A stretch of 64,000 nt of DNA from Squalus acanthias (lineage: Eukaryota): contig CM059432.1 of assembly GCA_030390025.1 (NCBI GenBank), forward strand, positions 136,030,001-136,094,000, given 5' to 3'. This document shows positions 12,788 through 25,366 of the stretch, piece after piece. Numbering within the stretch: position 1 is the stretch's first letter; the number at the start of each line of letters is the position of its first letter. A program made the position numbers and the translations under genes. The notes beneath the pieces were generated by a model. It did no database searches and was not told the DNA's origin. It saw nothing but the letters and a program-made list of their open reading frames with translations.

Positions 12788-15205
12788 GTCATAGTCATAA
12801 CGGCACAGAAGGAGGCCATTCGGCCCATCGAGTCCGTGCCGGCTCTCTGTAGAGCAATCGAGTCAGTCACATTCCCCCACTCTATCCCCATAGCCCTGCA
12901 AGTTTATTTCCCTCAAGTGCCTATCCAGTCTCCCCTTGAAAAAACTGAGTGGCTCCGCTTCCACCACTTCCATCGGCAGCGAATTCCAGGTCATCACCAC
13001 TCGCTGTGTACAAAAGTTTTTCCTCATGTCCCCCCTGTATCTCTTGCCCAAAACCTTAAATCTGTGTCCCCTAGTCCTTGTACCATCAACTAGTGGGAAC
13101 AGCCTTTCCCCGTCTAGCCTATCCAAACCCGTCATAATCTTGTACACCTCTATCAAATCACCCCTCAACCTCCTTTGCTCTAATGAAAACAAATCCAGCT
13201 TCTCCAACCTGTCCTTGTAGCTAAGATCCCCCATCCCCGGAACCATTCTGGTAAATCTCCTCTGCACCCTCTCAAGGGCCTTCACATCCTTCCTAAAGTG
13301 TGGTGACCAGAACTGGACTCAATACTCCAGTTGTGGCCTAACCAGCACTTTATAAAGATTCAGCATAACTTCTCTACTTTTGTACTCAATGCCTCTATTT
13401 ATGAAGCCCAAGATCCCATATGCTTTGCTAACCACTCTCTCAATATGTCCTGCCACCTTCAGGGACCTATGCACATTAACTCCCAGGTCCCTCTGTCCCA
13501 CAAACTCTTTAAAACTATGCCATTAAGTGTATATTGCCTCTCCCTGTTCCTTCTGCCAAAATGCATCACCTCACACTTCTCTGTATTAAATTCCATCTGC
13601 TACTTGTCTGCCCATTCTGCTAACCTTTCTATGTCCTGTTGCAGTTGATTGATATCATCATCGTTGTTTGCCACACCCCCAAGTTTGGTGTCATCGGCAA
13701 ATTTAGAAATTCTACACTGTATTCCAATATCCAGGTCATTTATATATATATCAAAAAAAGCAGTGGCCCCAGCACTGACCCTTGGGGAACACCACTGTCT
13801 ACCATCCGCCAGTCTGAAAAACAGCCATTTACCACAACTCGCTGTTTTCTGTCCTTAAGCCAACTCCTTATCCAAGCTGCCACTGACCCACCTATTCCAT
13901 GAGCCCCAATTTTGTTAACCAGCCTTTTGTGTGGTACTTTTCAAATGCCTTCCGAAAATCCATGTAGACAACATCTATTGCATTCCCTTCATCAATCCTC
14001 CCTGTTACTTCATCAAAAAATTCAATTAGATTAGTGAAACACGATCTGCCTTTTCCAAACCCGTGTTGGCTCTCCTTAATGAGCTTAAACCTCTCCAAAT
14101 GCCCATTAATTTTTTCCTTGATTATTGTTTCTAAAACTTTACCCACCACTGATGTTAAACTGTAGTTACTAGAATTGTCCTTACACCCTTTCTTGAACAA
14201 TGGTGTCACATTTACCACTTTCCAATCATCAGGCACCTGCCCCGCATCTAGGGAAGTTTGGAAAATTATGGCAAGCCCTTCCGCTACCTCCTCCCCCAAT
14301 TCCTTAATAACCTAGGATGCAAGCCATCTGGACCAGGCGACTTGTCCACTCTAAGCATACCCAGCCTTTCTAGTACATCCTGTCTATCAATTTTCACCCC
14401 TTCCATTGCCTCTACCATTTCCATTTCTACCGATATTTTGTCAGCATCCACCTCCTTAGTAAACACCAATACAAAGTACTTGTTGAGTATTCTAGCCTGG
14501 CCCTGCACCTCTAAGCATATATCACCTTATTTGTCCCTAATAGGCCCCACCCCGCCTCTTACTACCCGCTTACTGTTTACATGCAGGTAGAAGATTTTTG
14601 GGTTCCCTTTTATGTTAACCACCATTCTACTCTCATATTCTCTCTTTGCCAATCTTATTTTCATCTTCACTTCCCCTCTCAACTTATTGTATTTGGTCTG
14701 GTTCTCCCTTGAAGAATTCACCTGACATGCATCATACACTCTCTTTTTTTGTTTCATCATCTTCTCTATCTCCCTTGTCATCCAAGGAGCCCTTGCTTTG
14801 GTTCCCTTACCCTTCCCTCTTGTTGGAATGTACCTAGCCTGTACTTGGAACATCTCCTCCTTAAAGATCACCCATTGTTCCGTTACATTTTTTCCTGTCA
14901 GTCTTTGGTTCCATTTTACCCTGGCTAGATCCTTCGCATCTCATTGAAGTTAGCCCTATTCCAGTTTAGAAGTTCCACTCTAGATTGTTCCTTGCTCCTC
15001 TCCATTGCTAATCTAAATCTTATGATACGATGATCACTCATACCCAAGCGTTCTCCCACAGACACTTGGCCGACCTGGCCCACCTCATTCCCCAGCACCA
15101 GATCCAGCAATGCCTCCTTCCTAGTTGGGCCAAGAACATACTGGTCAAGGAAATTCTCCTGAACACATTTCAGAAATTCCTCCCCTTCCTTTCCCTTTAC
15201 CCTAG
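12788..15205 (-). mobile_element. CR1 LINE ORF2 (endonuclease end plus RT), decayed
   Basis: ORFs 14925-15218 (PTRKEALLDLV, SDH), 13892-14299 (QHGF, YMDFRKAF) and 12863-13285. Confidence 0.93.
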
Positions 15206-15707
15206 CACCCCTCTTCATCTAACCTTACCTGCATATCCTTCTATTCCTTTCTCCCTCATGTGCTTATCGAGCTTTCCCTTAAATGTTTATGCTACATATA
15301 TAAGTTAAACATTATTAATTTGCAAGTACTATTGCAAAATATTTGCAATGAAAGCCTTTTCTCCCCTTCTAAAGGGATTGACTCATTCTGAAGGCGGTTC
15401 CAGTCGCTCCCCAGACAGTGCCTCATCCAAGTAGGAACTCTTCATGTGCCATTCTACGCAATGTGGGCTATTGTACTGTGGTGGCCATCACAGCCAAGCC
15501 TAATACTCTCCTCAGCCAACATCCGCGCACGCACATTTCCAGCAGGGGTCACTGGATCGTCGGAGCAGGAATCCTGGCCGATTTTCTCCTTTTCAACCGA
15601 GGGCACTGAAGGCTTCTGCAGCACCGCTGCTGCCACCCTGGCAGAGATGAGCATAGGCCGGGGTTCAAATATTAAACCTTCTCATCTGTATAACTCAGCT
15701 ATATAAG

Positions 15708-16052
15708 GTGTCGGCCAATGGCTCAGTGGGTAGCACTCTCTTGTCTCTGAGTCAGAAGGTTTTGTGTTCATAGTCCCACTCCAGAGACTTGAGCACAAAA
15801 TCCAGGCTGACACTCCCAGTGCAGTACTGAGGGAGTGCCACACCGTCGGAGGTGCCGTCTTTCAGATGAGATGTTAAAACGAGACCCCGTCTGCCCTCTC
15901 AGGTGGACGTAAAAGATCCCATGGCACGATTTCGGAGAAGGGCAGGGGAGTTCTCCCCGGTGTCCTGTCCAATATTTATCCCTCAACCAACATCACTAAC
16001 ACAAATTATCTGGTCATGATCACATTGCTGTTTGTGGGAGCTTGCGGTGCGC
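15708..16052 (+). mobile_element. Deu-domain SINE, 3'-truncated
   Basis: A box TGGCTCAGTGG, B-box-like GTTCATAGTCC, Deu core GGTGCCGTCTTTCAGATGAG...AAAGATCCCATGGCAC. Confidence 0.88.
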
Positions 16053-16472
16053 AGGACATCCCAAAGTGCTTTACAGCCAATAAAATACTTTTGAAGTGTA
16101 GTCACTGTTATAATGTAGGAAACGCGGCACTTCAAATTGCACACTGCCAGCTCTCACAAACAGCAATGTGATACTAACCAGATAATCTGTTTTCTTTAGT
16201 GAGGTTGGTTGAAGGATAAATATTGGACAGGACTCCCCTGCTCTTCATCTAAATAGTGCCATGGGATCTTTTATGCCCACCTGAGAGGGCAGACGGAGGG
16301 CCTCAGCCTAACACCTCATCTGAAAGAGGGCTCCTCCAACAGTGCAGCACTCCCTCAGTACTAGCACTGGAGTGTCAGCCTAAATTGGCATGCTGCAAAT
16401 CCCCGGAGTGGGCCTTGTACCCACAACCTTCTGACTCAAAAGCAAGAGGGTTACCAACTGAGCCATGGGTGA
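16053..16472 (-). mobile_element. Deu-domain SINE, opposite orientation, fused to the previous copy
   Basis: Reverse-complement SINE body and head. Confidence 0.85.
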
Positions 16473-17119
16473 CAGCAGGGCAAAGTTGGAAAATGACCTT
16501 TATACTACCCATCGGGTTAGCTTGTGAACTGTTTTGAACTTTCTATATACATGTGCAAATGCTTTCAGAGCGTACAGACCAGAGTGACAGATAATTTCAT
16601 AATCTTTGCAGAGAGAACGCTCCATGTACAGTTTAATTAGAACATTGTCGCAAGTTTGACAGATTGTTGCTACAGTACAAGGCACTTAATGTAATCACAC
16701 TAGGGAATTTCACTTAATTTGCATGATTTCATGTAATGTTCTATTGAATGGCTTAATTTACAATTGAAGGTCAATTTACATGCCCAAGAATCCTGAACAG
16801 CCACAGATCTTGGCTTTCTCCACTCAATGGGGCTGATTGCATGGTCCCAGGAAAAAAGGCCCTGGCTATTATGATTTGTGTTAGTATTGCTACGATGGTG
16901 GAGTGGTGAATCGGCCTTGCCAGCTTCAGTGAGGTTAGCTCATTGACATTATTTCAATATCCTGCCCGTACCTTTTCCACATGCACAAGGCTGCAAGCAA
17001 GTGGAGAATAGGAAGTGCAGCAGCTCTTAAAGGGCCGCTGTTCGCAATAGGCTATTATTCTTTGGTGCTGCAGCTCACTCTTCTGCCTGAGTGCTGCGAA
17101 GAAAATTAAATGTTGCCCG

Positions 17120-17283
17120 CGACTAAGTGCCAGAATCTACCCCTTCGATAAGGAGACATTGGATGTGTTACCTGATGAGGTGCAACAAAACAAGGTGTTG
17201 ATTTTGAGGGCAGTAGGGAACCCTTCTCTCAGAGCTGATGTACAGCAAATGTAGCAGGAGGTTTCTCACAGACTGAGTACATG
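17120..17283 (+). pseudogene. Very degraded Harbinger Myb/SANT N-terminus
   Basis: PFDKETLDVLPDEVQQNKVLI...QQM*QEVSHRL resembles the PRF..L..LV.EV....W..VA pattern. Confidence 0.45.
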
Positions 17284-17289
17284 TTCTTG

Positions 17290-17645
17290 TTTTAAAAATT
17301 CATTAATTCTGCAGGACGTGGGCATTGCTGGCAAGGCCAGCATTTATTGCCCATCCCTAGTTGTCCTTGAGAAGGTGTTGGTGGGCCTTCTTCTTGAACT
17401 GCTGCAGTCCCGGGTGGTAAAGGCACATCCACAGTGCTGTTCGGTAGGGAGTTCCAGGATTTTGATCCAGCAATGATGAAGGGAAGATGATGTATGTTCA
17501 AGTTGGGATGGTGTGTGACTTGGAGGTGAACTTGGAGGTGATGGTCTTCCCGTGCACCTGCTGCCCTCGTCCCTCTAGGTGGTGGAGGTTGTGGGTTCGG
17601 AAGGTGTCGCCGAAGAAGCCTTGGCAACTTGCTGCAGTGCATCCT
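17290..17645 (-). mobile_element. CR1-group LINE family B, 3' fragment
   Basis: Homologous to 18027-18370. Confidence 0.8.
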
Positions 17646-18026
17646 GGGAGACATCACCTCTGGTCGAGCCCATCTCACAAAAGGAAGAGGCTGTCTTAAC
17701 CAGGGAAACAAAGACGTTAACCTATAGGTCAGCAGGTGTTCCCTCAACTCAACTTCCTATCTCGAGACATGTAACATGAGGGCTTAAAACACTGGAGACA
17801 TTTTTCTTGTGTGACAAACTGATTGCCACCTGGTAGATAGTAACATTTTATCCCCTCTGCCACCCTACACAAGATGGCAGGATTACTCAAGCAGTTTAAT
17901 TCATTTGTTAAACTGGTGACCATATCTGCACCAGTCCACAACCTCCCACCAGTCCACAAAAGTAAAATACTGTGGAAGCTGGAAATCTGAAATAAAAACA
18001 GAAAATGCTGGAAATACTCAGCAGGT

Positions 18027-19040
18027 TTTTTTTATTCATTCATGGGATGTGGGCGTCGCTGGCCAGGCCAGCATTTATTGCCCATCCCTAATTGCCCTTG
18101 AGAAGGTGGTGGTGAGCCGCCTTCTTGAACCGCTGCAGTCCATGTGGTGAAGGTACTCCCACAGTGCTGTTAGGTAGGGAGTTCCAGGATTTTGACCCAG
18201 CGACGATGAAGGATCGGCGATATACTTCTAAGTCAGGATGATGTGTGACTTGGAGAGGAACTTGGAGGTGGTGGTGTTCCCATGTGCCTGCTGCCCTTGT
18301 CGTTCTAGGTGGAAGAGGTCGCGGGTTTGGGAGGTGCTGCCGAAGTATCCTTGGCGAGTTGCTGCAGTGCATCTTGTAGATGGTACACACTGCAGCCACG
18401 GTACGCCTTTGGTGGAGGAAGTGACTGTTTAAGGTGGTAGATGGGGTGCCAATCAAGCGGGCTGCTTTGTCCTGGATGGTGTCGAGCTTCTTGAGTGTTG
18501 TTGGAGCTGCACTCATCCAGGTAAGTGGAGAGTATTCCATCACACTCCTTACTTGTGCCTTGTAGATGGTAGAAAGGCTTTGGAGAGTCAGGAAGTGAGA
18601 CACTCGCTGCAGAATACCTAGCCTCTGACCTGCTCTTGTTGCCACTGTATTTATGTGGCTGGTCCAGTTAAGTTTATGGTCAATGGTGACCCCCAGGATG
18701 TTGATGGTTGGGGATTCGGCGATGGTAATGCCATTGAATGTCAAGGAGCGGTGGTTAGACTCTTGCTTGTTGGAGATAGTAATTGCCTGGCACTTCTGTG
18801 GCACGGATGTTACCTGCCACTTATCAGCCCAAGCCTGAACGTCGTCCAGGTCTTGTTGCATGCGGGCATTGACTGCTTCATTATCTGATGAGTTGTGAAT
18901 GGTGCTGAACACTGTGCAGTCATCAGCGAACATCCCCATTTCTGACCTTATGTTGGAGGGAAGGTCATTGATGAAGAAGCTGAAGATGGTTGGGCCTTGG
19001 ACACTGCCCTGAGGAACTCCTGCAGCGATGTCCTGGAGCT
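18027..19040 (-). mobile_element. CR1-group LINE family B, RT C-terminal part
   Basis: ORF 18088-18939 with FADD and YKAQVRSVMEY. 3' end GCCAGCGACGCCCACATCCCATGAATGAATAAAAAAA. Confidence 0.9.
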
Positions 19041-19080
19041 GCCTGAACCATCAGGCAGCATCTGTTGGAGAGAGAAACAG

Positions 19081-19116
19081 AGTTAACGTTTCAGGTCGAT
19101 GACCTATCATCAGAAC
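19081..19116 (-). ncRNA. Minimal type-I hammerhead ribozyme motif (Penelope-associated)
   Basis: rc GTT-CTGATGA-T-AGGTC-ATC-GACCT-GAAA-CG-TT-AAC: intact core, 5-bp stem II, palindromic ACGT stem III. Confidence 0.7.
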
Positions 19117-20115
19117 ACATTCACACCACCATTCTATATGCTCTCACGTCTTACCATCCAGGCAGCCAGTAAGCTCTCTGATGCATGATGGATCATAGAG
19201 GCAGCTTTGAGGGCCATTGTGACTCATGCACCACTCCTCTCTGAAGCTTATCCATTGCAAGATCCCTGTGTTGTCTCCTCCCGGTGGTCTAATTAAAGTA
19301 GCATTTAAATGTTTTGTATAAAAATAATCTGTTCTTTGGACCATGTAAAAATTTCAATACAGTTCATTTATTTGTTTTTAAATTAAGGGCTTGCTAAACA
19401 CTTATCTTGATCACTCCCTTTGTCTGGAATCTGAAAATCAGGTTGCCATTTCGAAATAAAGATATTGGGGCGGTATTGTTGGGCCTGTGTCATGTATCTT
19501 TATTTTCTGGTAGATGCACTAAAATGACGGCAGCTGGACTGATGCCACCCATGATGTTAAACATTATTATTATCACAATGTCACGGAGATCAACCATTTC
19601 AGTTGTCAAACTTGCCAAAGTTTTTCCAGATGCAAACTGCTGTGTCGACAGCTGGCACCAGAATCCTTCTGCATCCAGGTTCGGAAAGGATGTCACTCGG
19701 TGCGAGCTTGTATCGAGCTGCTTACTGATGAAGCCTGTCGTGGATATCTGAGCTGCTGTGTCGTAACGCTGAGATCAAAAATAGTGGCTTTTGGTGCAGG
19801 GCTGATAACAATGCTAAAATGTCAAACTTCATCTTTTGAGCTTTTGAATTTTAAAAAAAACGGAATTGGTTGAGACAAGTGTCAAGTTCAAACGTTCTTT
19901 CTGGTACACATTACATCCCCTTTCAGTGGTAATGGGGGCGGGTGGGGGGGGAGATTTCCTTTTTTGTGTTACATGTAATGAAATCATAAAGACGTTCTTT
20001 AGAAAGGTGTTTCTGGTTTTGTTCCACGCTGGAGTAAATTCGCTGATCCAGCGATACTGTTAGGCTCGCAGGAGCTTGAAGGGAGCATGAGCTGGCGATA
20101 GGCCTGTAACAGTGT

Positions 20116-20535
20116 CAAAAAGAAAGAAAGACTTGCATTTCTATAGCGTCTTCCACGACCACCTCAAAGCGCGTTACAGCTAATGAAGTACTGTTTGAAG
20201 TGGAGTCACTGTTGTAATGTGGGAAACGCGGCAGCCAATTTGCGCACAGCAAGCTCCCACAGACAGCAATGTGAAAAATGACCAGATAATCTTTTTTTGT
20301 TCTGTTGGTTGAGGGAGAAATATTGGCCAGGACACCTCCCCTGCTCTTCTTCAAAATAGTGCCATGGGATCTTTTACGTCTCATCCGAGAGACGGCACCT
20401 CCGACAGTGCAGCACTCCCTCAGCACTGCACTGGAGTGTCAGCCTTCTAGCTTTATGTGCGCAAGTCCCTGGAGTGGGACTTGAACCCACAACCTTCTGA
20501 CTCAGAGGCGAGTGTGCTACCAACTGAGCCACAGA
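20116..20535 (-). mobile_element. Deu-domain SINE
   Basis: Head, Deu core and CTTT tail in reverse. Confidence 0.88.
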
Positions 20536-21283
20536 TGTCAGGCCGATTCGCCAACCCGTGCTTCCTGCGATCACGGTTTCCCGCTGGAAAGCACGGGGGT
20601 TCAGGCAAATGACCCTTTAGCGCACAGAGGAAAACTTCCCCTTTCTCTACTGGATGGTATATTTGAAGACACAGATACTTAGAAGAGCTCGGTTATGTAC
20701 CTTACAATTTGGTTTTGCGACACAGTAGCGAGAAAACAATAAAAGCCCCTTAATAATGAGAATCCTTTCCCTTGGTCATGGAGAGCAAAGATTGCCGTCA
20801 GCTGAATGCTCCAACTGGGCAAACATTGCAGCAAACGTGTAGGAAGTGAATGAGTACCTGAGCCAACATTCCCTTTAAATAAACATTCCCATTATCAGTA
20901 CACAAGCTGAGGCTCTCCAGCTGAGACTTAAACCCGAAACGCTCTGCCCCGAAGCAATGACACCTAACGGGGCCACTGGTATTTTGTCAGCACCTGCCGC
21001 TCGTAAATAGCTCCCTTGTCCCATGACGATGACCCTGTAAGCTCTCTGCACATGTCTGAAACGTAACCAAACGCTGTAAAAGAAAGCGTACACGTTTCTT
21101 CATTAATTCTCAACATGTACCTCTCAAACAAGTTTAAATAAAAATTCCTAAGGGGAAAAAAAACTAAAGAGGACTTCCAAAGAAATGACACTCGAAGCTT
21201 TTAAATCTTTAACCTGAAAGCAAGCTCTCCTTTCTTAAGTACTTCTGCAGAAATTTAACAAAAAACTTTTTTTCTTCCTTTCA

Positions 21284-23997
21284 GGCGTCAAGGATCGCAA
21301 GCTTCAACTCTTGTGCACCTTCCTCCCGTTCACTTTCCTCTGACCCCATCCCTTCTTCCAATCCCACCCCCTGCGATATTTTCACTATCCCCTCTGACCT
21401 TCCCCTCTCTGACCCCGAACGATCAGTCCTCAGCAAAGGCCTTACGTCCCCACCTCAATGAATTTTCAGCTCGGCACGATGCTGAGCTCTTTTTCCGTCG
21501 CCTTCATCTCTGTGCCCACTTCTTTGGCCAGGAGACATTCCCCCCGCACAGCTGAACCTTTCTCCCGTTCTCAGAATTCTTGTTCTACCTGGATCCCTCC
21601 CTCTGGCCTCTTACCCTCTCCAGATCTTTTCATTGTGAATTGCTGGAGTGACATCGGCCATCTCAATTTCTCTGCTCCCCTCAGTCACTCCAACCTACCT
21701 CCCTCTGAACTTGCAGCACTCCGTTCTCTCAGATCCAATCCTAACATTGTCATTAAAGCTGCTGACAAAGATGGCGCTGTTGTTGTTTGGCGAACCAACC
21801 TCTACCTTGCAGAGGCTGAACGCCAACTCACTGACAGCTCCTCCCACCTCCACCTGGACCATGACCCCACTACCGAACATCAAGCCATCGTTTCCAAGAC
21901 CATCACTGACCTCATCTCCTCTGAAGATCTTCCCTCCATGACCACCAACCTCATAGTCCCCCAGCCCTGCACAGCCTGCTTCTACCTCCTTCCCAAGATC
22001 CACAAACAGGACTGTCCTGGTAGATCCATCGGAACTGATTTCTTCCTATCTCAACTCTATTTTTTCTCCCCTTGTCTAGTCTCTTCCCACTTACATCCAC
22101 GACTCTTCTGACGCCCTCGCCACTTTAACAGTTTCCAGTTTCCTGGCCCCAACTGTCTCCTTTTCACCATGGACGTCCAATCCCTCTACACCTCCATCCC
22201 ACACCAGGACAGCCTGAGGGCGCTTCGCTTCTTCCTTGAACAGAGGCCCAACCAGTCCCCATCCACCACCACCCTCCTCCACCTGGCTGAACTTGTTCTC
22301 ACATTGAACAATTTCTCCTTTGACTCCACTCACTTCCTCCAAATAAAAGGTGTATGGTACCCACATGGATCCTAGCTATGCCTTCCTTTTTGTGGGATAT
22401 GTGGAACATTCTTTGTTCCTGTCCTACTCAGGTCCCCTCCCTCACCTCTTTTCCTGGTACATTGATGACTGTATCGGTGCTGTTTCCTGCTCTCGCACTT
22501 TGCTTCCAATTTCCACCCTTCCCTCACCTTCACATGGTCCATCGCCGACTCTTCCCTTCCCTTCCTCGACTTCTCTGTCTCTATTTCTGGGGATAGGCTA
22601 TCGACAAACATCCACTATAAGCCCACTGACTCCCACAGCTACCTGGACTACACTTCCTCCCAGCCTCCTTCCTGTAAGGACTCTATTCCATTCTCCCAGT
22701 TTCTCCGTCTCCATTGCATCTGTTCTGACGATGTCATCTTCCATACCAGTGCTTCCGATATAACATAACAGCATAAGAACATAAGAATTAGGAGCAGGAG
22801 TAGGCCATATGGCCTCTCGAGCCTGCTCCACCACTCAATAAGATCATTGCTGATCTCAACCTCAACTCCACTTTCCTGCCCAATCCCCATATCCCTTGAT
22901 ATGTTCCTTTTTCCTCAACCGAGGATTCCCCATTACCGTGGTTGACATGGTCCTCGACCGTGTCCGTTCTATTTCCCGCACTTCTGCTCTCACCCCTTCC
23001 CTTCCCTCCCAGAACCACGATAGGGTTCCCCTTGTCCTCACCTTTCACCCCACCAGCCTCCACATTCAACAGATCATCCTCCACCATTTCCGCCACCTCC
23101 AGCGTGATCCCACCACTAAACACATCTTCCATCCCTTTCAGCATTCTGAAGGGACCGCTCCCTCCGCGACACCCTGGTCCACTCCTCAATCACCCCCAAC
23201 AACCCCTCCCCTTCCCACGCCACCTTCCCGTACAAGCGCAGGAGATGCAACACCTGCCCTTTTACCTCCTCCCTTCCCACCATCCCGGGCCCCAAACACT
23301 CCTTCCAGGTGAAACAGCGATTTACTTGTACTTCTTGCAATTTAGTATACTGTATTCGCTGCTTACGATGCGGTCTCCTCTACATTGGGGAGACCAAACG
23401 CAGATTGGATGATCGCTTTGTGGAACACCTCCATTCAGACCATAAGCATGACCCCGAGCTTCTGGCCGTCTGTCACTTTAATTCTCCGCTCCACTCCCAC
23501 TCTGATCTCTCCGTCCTTGGCCTCCTCCACTGTTCCAACGAAGCTTAACATAAGCTCGAGGAACAGCACCTCATCTTTCTATTAGGCACTTTATAGTCTT
23601 CTGGATTCAACATTAAGTTCAACAATTTCAGACCATAATCTCTGCCCCTATTTTTTCAGATGGCAGCTGTTGATGATTCTGCTATACCCATTTACACCTC
23701 TTCTAGACCCATCGTTTGTTTCTTAACTTGTCCCATTACCATCCCCTTTTGCTTTGTACTATCATACCTGTTGTTGTCTAATCACTCCTGCCTTCCACCC
23801 TATCACAGACCTTCTCTTTTGTTCTTTCCTCCACTCCCCCCTTTCCCTGCCCCTGCACTTGTTTAAAATCTGTCACATCTCTAACTTTTTCCAGTTCCGA
23901 CGATAGGTCTTCGACCTGAAACGTTGACTCTGTTTCTCTCTCCACAGATGCTGCCTGACCTACTGAGTATTTCTAGCATTTTCTGTTTTTATTCAGA
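21284..23997 (+). mobile_element. Penelope-like retroelement (RT plus GIY-YIG endonuclease), decayed
   Basis: IKAADKDGAVVV, FYLLPKIHK, MDVQSLYTSIP, WYIDD and NLVYCIRC..CGLLYIGETKRRL..RF.EH. A CR1 tail is inserted at about 22762-22898. Confidence 0.93.
23893..23929 (+). ncRNA. Hammerhead motif in the Penelope 3' end, core mutated (CCGACGA)
   Basis: AGTT-CCGACGA-T-AGGTC-TTC-GACCT-GAAA-CGTT-GACT. Confidence 0.55.
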
Positions 23998-24241
23998 CAT
24001 GATTTGCCTTTAACAAATCCATCTAGCTGTCCCTTAATAGCCCATGCTTCTCCAACTAAGATCTAATGTTGTCCTTGACAATGGTCTCTAATAGTTTTCC
24101 CACCACTGATGTTAGATTGATTGGCCTGTAGTTACCAGGTTTATCCCTCTCCCTTTTTTTAAACAGGGGTGTAACATTTGCAATCCTCCAGTCCTCTGGC
24201 ACCACTCCCATATCCAAGGAGGATTGAAGGGTTGTGGTCAG

Positions 24242-24401
24242 CAATGCTCCCTTTAAGTTGCGCAGCCGCATGACCGTGCGGCTCTCTGGAGCTCCCGCGC
24301 AGCTGGCTCACCAGCTTTTAAATGGGAAAAATTGCGCATGTGCAGTATTTTGAATGGGCTGCACGGCCCCGCGCACCCGAAAAAAATATAAAGGGACATT
24401 G
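24242..24401. mobile_element. hAT-type MITE, 160 bp
   Basis: TIRs CAATGCTCCCTTTA / TAAAGGGACATTG. 8-bp TSD GTGGTCAG / ATGGTCAG. Confidence 0.85.
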
Positions 24402-24939
24402 ATGGTCAGAGCTTCTTCTGTCTCCCCCCTAGCTTCCCTCAGCAACCTATGATGTATCCCATCTGGACTGGATGACTTGTTAACTTTGAGTGATGCTAAC
24501 CTATTTAGCACCTCCTTTCTATCTATTTTCATCCGATCCAATATCTCTACATCCCCTCCTCTACTGCAAAATTAACTTCTTTTGTGAAGACAGATGCAAA
24601 GTATTCATTCAGTACCTCAGCCATGCCCTTTGCCTCCAGAAGAAGATATCCGTTTTAGTCCCTAAACGGCCCCACCATTCCTTTAACTATCCTCTTACTT
24701 TATATGTTTATAAAAGATTTCCTTTATGTTACCTGCGAATCTTTTCTCATACTCTCTCTTTGCCCTTCATATATCCTTTTTCAATTTCCCACGGTACTCT
24801 CTGTATTTTGCCTGGTCTTCTATTGTATTCTGTATCTGACATTTGTCATTAACCTCCTTTTTCTGTTTTATTTTAACCTGTAATTTCCTTTGTTATCCAG
24901 GGAGCTCTAGCTTTGGATGTCCCATCATTCCTCCTTATC

Positions 24940-25335
24940 ATAAAAATCTAGGCTGCCGCTGTAGTGCAGTACTGAGGGAGTGCTGCACTGTCGGAGGTGC
25001 CGTCTTTCGGATGAGACGTTAAACCGAGGCCCCGTCTGCTCTCTCAGGTGGACGGAAAAGATCCCACGGACACTATTTCAAAGAAGAGCAGGGGAGTTAT
25101 CCCCGGTGTCCTGGCCGCTATTTATCCCTTAATCAACATCGCTAAAAAGAAACAGATTAACTGGTCATTATCACATTACTGTTTGTGGGAGCTTGCTGTG
25201 CGCAAATTGGCTGCCGCTTTTCCTGCATTACAACAGTGACTGCACTTCAAAAAGCACTTAATTGGCTGTAAAGTGCTTTGGGACGTCCTGAGGTCGTGAA
25301 AGGCGCTATATAAATGCAAGTCTTTCTTTTTTCTT
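24940..25335 (+). mobile_element. Deu-domain SINE, 5'-truncated
   Basis: Deu core through the tail AAAGGCGCTATATAAATGCAAGTCTTTCTTT. Confidence 0.9.
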
Positions 25336-25366
25336 TTTATGGGAATATGCTTGGTTTGTACCCAAT

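Larger units (their letters stand above)
17960..19116 (-). mobile_element. Short Penelope-derived element (17960-18025 plus 19051-19116), split by a LINE
   Basis: The two halves join to match the 3' end of the Penelope element at 23890-23997. Confidence 0.8.

Noticed and set aside
15715..15785. tRNA gene
   Set aside because: It is the tRNA-derived head of a SINE and continues into the Deu core
19737..19760. Peptide CRGYLSCC encoded here (+) and again at about 54900-54923 (-) with synonymous codons
   Set aside because: The flanks do not align, there is no start or splice support, and one 8-residue match is plausible by chance across six frames of 64 kb
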